Positions 58,488-64,000 of a stretch of DNA of 64,000 nt are shown here, in pieces (position 1 is the stretch's first letter; every line of letters starts with the position of its first letter). The stretch comes from Lobosporangium transversale (Eukaryota): NCBI RefSeq assembly GCF_002105155.1, contig NW_019028982.1, positions 434,001 to 498,000 on the forward strand. Reading direction: 5' to 3'. Below the pieces are notes generated by a model. The model searched no databases and was not told where the DNA came from. It saw nothing but the letters and a program-made list of their open reading frames with translations. The position numbers and the translations under genes were made by a program.

Positions 58488-58519
58488 ATTTTTTATAAGT
58501 ATTTATACTTATAAAAAAT
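58488..58519. repeat. Perfect inverted repeat with 15-bp arms and a 2-nt spacer
   Basis: attttttataagtat-tt-atacttataaaaaat. Confidence 0.85.
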
Positions 58520-58754
58520 TCATGCACAATAATAATTTTTTTTTTTTTTTTTTTTTTTAATATCGCGTTCCACCTCCAATCCCCTTCACAGTCTGAGTCC
58601 TGAGCTCAAGGTGAATATTCTATTCACAATTGCTGCATGCCATAGTTTTCTAGCAAAAAAAATAAAAAATAAAAAAAGTCTTTGTTTATTTTTGTAACAT
58701 ATTGTGATATTGTTTCATAAACCTGAATGGGCTTGACTTCTTAACCTCACTTAA

Positions 58755-58826
58755 TCGCTTCCCTTCCGCTTCTCTTTCGCGCTTCTCTTTCTCGCTTCCC
58801 TTCCGCTTCTCTTTCTCGCTTCTCGG
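58755..58826. repeat. Short tandem repeat (cgcttcccttccgcttctctttc-type units)
   Basis: Repeated CGCTTCYCTT units seen directly; reads as EKREREAEGKREREA on the minus strand. Confidence 0.8.
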
Positions 58827-59074
58827 CTTACCTCTCTCAAACACTTATCTCTTCACTTCCTACACTCCACCCCTCTACAAACAACTTACGATGAATCCTA
58901 GCAACACTCCTTCGCTGGTCGACCATAGGAGTTACATTGGCTTGTGCGTTTTCTATACTTACTACCCATATCAGTGTCAAATATCAAATTGTCTATAAAT
59001 CTCACAGTTACCTTCCATATACTTCTTCATCCTTAATCTCTAGTACACCAGAGCAGCTGAGGAATCTGTTCAAA

Positions 59075-60823
59075 ATGTCGAAAGTGCCGACTCAAGATGA
59101 CATTAAAGGATCGGCCGAGCTATTCGGCTGCAATAATGAAATAGCCATCGATAATAAGCCTTTTGATCGAAACAAAGCCATTGAAAAATGCAAGAAGATA
59201 TTCAAGGTCACCCCCAAGACTTTGCAGCTGGATGTTGTCGAATGTATTGGCAGTGGTCAAGACTGCATTCTTATTGCTGGATGTGGTTGGGGTAAAACCC
59301 TTGTCTACACTCTCCCACTTGTAATTTGGAGAGATCGGATCATTATCATCATCTCTCCTCTGAGGGTATTGATACAGGAGCAGCAGCAGAGCCTTCAAAA
59401 GCTGGGGATTAGTAGCGTCGCATTACTCAGTGGAGGGGCTACCACACGAGGAACGATCGGCGACGTGGCCGATGGGAAATATAGGGCTGTTTTCATGACG
59501 CCAGAGATTATCTTCGACAGCCCTATTCTGACGAAACTCTGGTCAAATCCAAAATGGCAAAAGCGGCTACAGGCAGTTGTCATGGATGAGGCTCACTGTG
59601 TTTGCAATTGGGGCGACAGTTTCAGGACTTCCTATGGCCGTATTGCGGAGCTACGCTCAAAGGTCTCCTGTGGTGTAGCTTTCATCGCTGTTTCAGCTAC
59701 CCTTCCACCAATGGTTCTAGAGAAGCTCAGAAGCTTGGTCCAATTCAAACCTGATGTCAAGATTATCAACGTCGGTAACGATCGCCCCAACATCAGGTTG
59801 GAAGTCCGGCATCTTAGCTCTAAGGATAAGTCCAAGCACCTTGATTTTCTCCTCCTTGATCTTAAAAAAACTATCATCTACTTTCAGACCAAGGACGAGA
59901 TTAGATATTGGTATAAGCATTTGAAACAGTTAGCAGAGGGCAAGTTCAAGATCGCTGAATATCACGCCGACTTTTCTGAAGGTTACAAGCAAGAAACTAT
60001 GGAACACTTCAAGCGTGGCGATATCCTCATTTTGCTGGCTACAGAAGCTGCCGGGATGGGGTGTGACATTAGTGATGTCCTTCGTGTTGTGCAGTACAAG
60101 TGCCCATCCGCAATCTCGGCTCTTGTACAGTGTCTTGGTCGTGCAGCTCGCAACCCGCAACTTCAAGGTCAGGGTGTATTATTAGTACCACCACCGTCCG
60201 TTGGTACCAAGTTTCCAGATGAGGACCTCGCCGATTACATTATGACTAAAGGGTGTCGGCGGAAAGTCCTCAATGACATCTTTGACAATAAGCCTCAACC
60301 TAATGAGAACTGTTGCGACATCTGCCGTCCAGTTTCTGAGCCGCTGCAACTTTCTTTCAATGAAATTCGTGTTGACACAGTACCAAAGGTTCGGCGTACG
60401 GCAGAACAGAAGGAAGCTGCCAAAGAGGCTATTAAGAAGTGGAGATTGATGGTTTACAAAAGGGATTACGAGCCAGCTTGCCCATGGTTAAGGCTTTCTT
60501 GCGTGCTAACGGATGCGTTGGTCGATAAATTAGGCGAAAAGTTTGGCAATGTTACGTCGCCCGAATCGGTAACATCAATTACCGGTTGGACCTTTATAAA
60601 CGACGACATTTTAACGGAACTCGCCAATCTCCTTATCAATTTAAATAAGGACATCGATAGTGCGTGCCAGCCTGAAATGCAACCGCAGCTCCAAAAGAAG
60701 GAGTCCCATATTGGCCGGAATGGCCGTGTTCAAAAACCACGGCCTACCGCAAAGCCAAAGATCGCGTTCCATAATATGACCTCTTTTGACTTCTCCAAAC
60801 GTGGAAACCCCAATGGCAGCTAA
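59075..60823 (+). CDS. Intronless RecQ-family SF2 helicase of the mobile-element/subtelomeric type (582 aa)
   Basis: AGCGWGKT (motif I), IISPL, DEAHCVCNWGDSFRTSY, SATL, ATEAAGMGCD, QCLGRAAR, Zn-binding CRR...CCDIC and an HRDC-like helix (KKWR...VLTDALVDKL); TATAAA at about 58995. Confidence 0.9.
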   Translation: MSKVPTQDDIKGSAELFGCNNEIAIDNKPFDRNKAIEKCKKIFKVTPKTLQLDVVECIGSGQDCILIAGCGWGKTLVYTLPLVIWRDRIIIIISPLRVLIQEQQQSLQKLGISSVALLSGGATTRGTIGDVADGKYRAVFMTPEIIFDSPILTKLWSNPKWQKRLQAVVMDEAHCVCNWGDSFRTSYGRIAELRSKVSCGVAFIAVSATLPPMVLEKLRSLVQFKPDVKIINVGNDRPNIRLEVRHLSSKDKSKHLDFLLLDLKKTIIYFQTKDEIRYWYKHLKQLAEGKFKIAEYHADFSEGYKQETMEHFKRGDILILLATEAAGMGCDISDVLRVVQYKCPSAISALVQCLGRAARNPQLQGQGVLLVPPPSVGTKFPDEDLADYIMTKGCRRKVLNDIFDNKPQPNENCCDICRPVSEPLQLSFNEIRVDTVPKVRRTAEQKEAAKEAIKKWRLMVYKRDYEPACPWLRLSCVLTDALVDKLGEKFGNVTSPESVTSITGWTFINDDILTELANLLINLNKDIDSACQPEMQPQLQKKESHIGRNGRVQKPRPTAKPKIAFHNMTSFDFSKRGNPNGS

Positions 60824-61866
60824 CATAGTGTCATCTGTCCCAATTGATTGTTGAAACATTTTAGTTTGTAATAAAGCGTACTAAATCTCAGAAATCTATC
60901 AGGAAAAAGCTTAAAAAAAAAAAATTAAAAAATTAAAAAGTTAAAAAATTAAGCATAGCATTCGCGATCCTTCTTTGAGTCTAATCTCAAACCGTTTCTG
61001 TGCCTGGAATGCGTGCCTCATTCCTCAATAAAAGGGAAAGTTGTTGCATATTTCAATATGCAATAATAATGGTCCGACTAAAAAACTGATCGATAAAAAA
61101 TAAAAATAGCGGTAGAAACCAGTGGCAATAATGCGTCACACTAAGACGCGACAAATCGCTGACATGCGAAACCATGTTGTATTATTACAGATAGATATGT
61201 AGCTATCTGATACAAGTCTCTCTACCAGAAATGAATAAAATAATCCATGGGTGTGGTGTGTGGACCCACGTCTTATTCTCACTTACTTTTTGACAGTCTA
61301 CTATCTATCCTAAATATTTTTCAGCGACAACGCACTGGATTGTGGAGTAAATGATGACCTGTGGCCAATTTTCACTTCACTCTTTTTGTGCTTCAAGGGA
61401 AGAGTCCGTTTAACATCCACCCAGTTGCAAGAAAATTTGTCAATAGTCTGGCTAGTGACAGCCAAGAAACAACATTGTTTTTTGATCTTTTGATGTCGGA
61501 TCTTCCTACTAAAACTGAAGCAGAGTTCAGCAAGCGTCGGATTGTTCCCCCACAAATAGGGAAGATGAGTTGGGCTTAGACTGTCGTGATACAAATAGGT
61601 TTATTGCAAGAGGAAGTGAAGTAGTTTACAGCCAAAACAACTCATGCAGGACAAAAGAAAGTTGGCTCCGAACCGCTTGTTTGGCAAACTCCAAAACAAG
61701 CTCTGATATTAAGTAACCGTTATCTTTAATAAAACGCCTGTATCCCATGAAAGGGGCAAACATGAGAGAAGTCCATGTCCGCAAAACACAGATTTTTTTT
61801 ATTAATAAAAAAAAAAAGAAAACTAACGAGTTAGTCGAACTCTCCTAAAATCATCCATGCTTGGCC

Positions 61867-62845
61867 TCAGGTGCGGTCATTTTTTTTTAGTTCGCTTAAT
61901 ATGGCGCTTTGCATTCTCTTCATCTCAGCTGTGCAGATCACAAGTAGACATGGCAAAGCACATTAGGCAAAAATAACATTAAAAAAATTAAAAAAATAAA
62001 AAATAAAAAGTACAGATATCAGAAAGCTTGTTCTCTGTTGTTCTCAACTGAATCGAATTGATATCAACTAACTTACAGATACCCTCTTCTAGTGCTCTTA
62101 GACGAGATGCAGTTTCACTACCACACTTGCTGGGGGTTTCAGAACGCCCTGGTGGAGCCACGCGGGGTGCCAAGTCCATTCCATCTAATATACGCTTCTG
62201 TTTTCGCGACAGGAGCTCATCCGAACAGGGGGTGACAGAGCGACTTGCCCAGGGTTGGGCTGTGAACTGTAGCTCTTCTGAGGTGAGATCTGGCGAGACA
62301 GCTTCCGTGATGTGATCTAACTGAGGAGAAAATGGGTCTGGAGGAGAAGAGGATGTCTTGCTAGGATCTGGGGGAGGAGAGGATATCTCACTGGGATCTG
62401 GTAGAACAGAGGATGCCTCGCTGGAATACGTTGGATTAAGGAGTTTTGTGGATATGACGATCGGGTTCGAGTCGAGATAATGGTGGTTCCGGCTCTGGTG
62501 GTCAGGCAGTAACGCAAACGAGGCGTTTTTTGGACCTTTTTTTTTCTTCGTCAACATTTCTTCAATCATCGTATGGCACGCATGGCATTTGTGGACATGC
62601 CGAGAAAACCCTGGTTGCCCAATTTCATCACATCCTTCCCCGGGCGGTTTGAACATGCCATTGTCTGTCAGTGTAGCAATGTAGACGATGCACAGCTTGT
62701 TGCCAAAAAGTGGTTTGATGTAAATGTTGGCGGTTGCAGAGGAAGAATGGCTTTCTTTACCATAGTAAGGAGGAGGGGCTGCTCCATGCGTGATAGCCGT
62801 GATAGCCGTGATAGCCTTGAGTTTTTTTTGTTTAGCTTTAGGCAT
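61867..62845 (-). CDS. Hypothetical basic/nuclear protein with a Cys/His cluster and C-terminal coiled coil (exons 62845-62014, 61928-61867)
   Basis: 301-aa ORF plus a GTACTT...CTAAT...CAG intron (62013-61929); NLS-like MPKAKQKK and KKKK, HVHKCHACH, PDPS repeats. Confidence 0.55.
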
Positions 62846-63368
62846 CCCAAAACTTGATGTGGATGAGAAGGTGAGAGAGTGAATTTCTTTCATGTTGGCC
62901 TTTTTTAAATTTTAAATTTTAATTTCTAGACTCTTTCAAATACAAATGGTTTACTTTACAAAATTCTTATAGTTGAAAGGATTAGCCCTCTGGTTAAAAA
63001 AAGTTGCGTGCGTATACCCAACTTTTTTACACCACATGTGTCCAGTAGTTTTGAGAAAAGCGGTACGTACCCCAACACTCTTACACCACTTTAGTCCGTC
63101 GGTTGATTTTTTTGCACGTCCACTAATATCTTTATGTGAACTTTTTTTTTATATTATTCTCTTGACCAGTTAACTTGGCCAGCAAAAATCGAAACTTTGT
63201 CATCGGCTCCAGAAGAGAAATATGGGGCCCAGGCTAGAAACAGAAAAAAAAATTTTTTTTCTTAGAAACCATTTCGCATGTTGTAACAGTATATAGCCTT
63301 AAGCCTATAAAAAGGCTTGTTTTAATATTTATAATAAAATCACCTTTTGTCTTCACTACCTATTACAC

Positions 63369-63929
63369 ATGTCTTCCACTAACAACATCGTTTCTTCTTC
63401 CTCTGCAGTTAGCACTAGCAGGAAACGCACTCGTGACGAAGTAGAGAGCACTCCCAACGTTAACGAGGTGTCATCGAGTACTCAATCCGATCCAAACGAG
63501 TACCGTGGCAGGCTAGTGCCTTTCAAACCAGTGTCCACGGAAAACCTGTTAAGTGTATATAGTAAACTTTTCCTGGATCCGTACCAGTGTTCAATCCGCG
63601 GGCGGTCTGACCCTTTGCCAGCCGAGTATCAGGACGGGGATGAAGTCTATCCTCGAGAATGGTTGGTACTCGAGGGTCAAGAGGCAAGGACACCCAAGGG
63701 CCATGTGCTAAAGCGTGAAGGCTTCACGCTATTCCGTCTGCATGAGCCATCGTTGTTCAAGCAGTTGGAGAAGCTCAAGCTTCGGCTGGTCTCGGAGGAG
63801 GATTGGGAGACCGCCAAAAAAGCAAGGGCTACTCTGCAACAACAACATAGAGTGGCTGAGGCGCCTGTGGTTGCAAGCACCACAGAGTCAATGCAGCTAG
63901 GGGTCTGCGCAAGGTTTTCACTGAGCTGA
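63369..63929 (+). CDS. Hypothetical protein (possibly frameshifted and continuing beyond the window)
   Basis: ATG downstream of TATAAA (about 63306), NLS-like SRKRTR, 186-aa ORF; no recognised domain. Confidence 0.5.
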   Translation: MSSTNNIVSSSSAVSTSRKRTRDEVESTPNVNEVSSSTQSDPNEYRGRLVPFKPVSTENLLSVYSKLFLDPYQCSIRGRSDPLPAEYQDGDEVYPREWLVLEGQEARTPKGHVLKREGFTLFRLHEPSLFKQLEKLKLRLVSEEDWETAKKARATLQQQHRVAEAPVVASTTESMQLGVCARFSLS

Positions 63930-64000
63930 CCGCTGTTGGCGTGGAAGCGCCTCATAGTAAACGCTTGGAGGAAAGGGCAGCTCTATGGATAGAGCTATAT

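Noticed and set aside
58740..58930. Minus-strand mini-ORF with EKREREAEGKR repeats divergent from RecQ
   Set aside because: Two in-frame stops before the repeat; reported only as a repeat.

Overview
Eukaryotic, intron-rich fungal DNA with GT-AG introns and abundant 20-30 nt poly-A/poly-T tracts. Gene style suggests an early-diverging fungus, probably Mortierellaceae (inference). Most of the window is conserved housekeeping genes: ankyrin protein, TMEM42-like, Nup57/Nup54, UPF0658-like membrane protein, GPAT, ERGIC-53/Emp47 lectin, Mcm1/SRF MADS factor, RRP5, Sel1-MYND protein, casein kinase 1, RRM+YTH protein and a secreted sulfatase. Three parts are not ordinary. (1) A tandem pair of orphan paralogues at 7.0-10.3 kb, one with a decayed 5' end. 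(2) A cluster at 23.9-27.3 kb of three unrelated pseudogenes (VWA8, ML/NPC2-like, PNS1), visible only by reading across frames. (3) An intron-poor block from about 57.4 kb to the window end with an intronless mobile-element-type RecQ helicase, orphan ORFs and palindromes; it may be part of a large helicase-carrying element. All family assignments come from motif recognition by eye; no searches were run.
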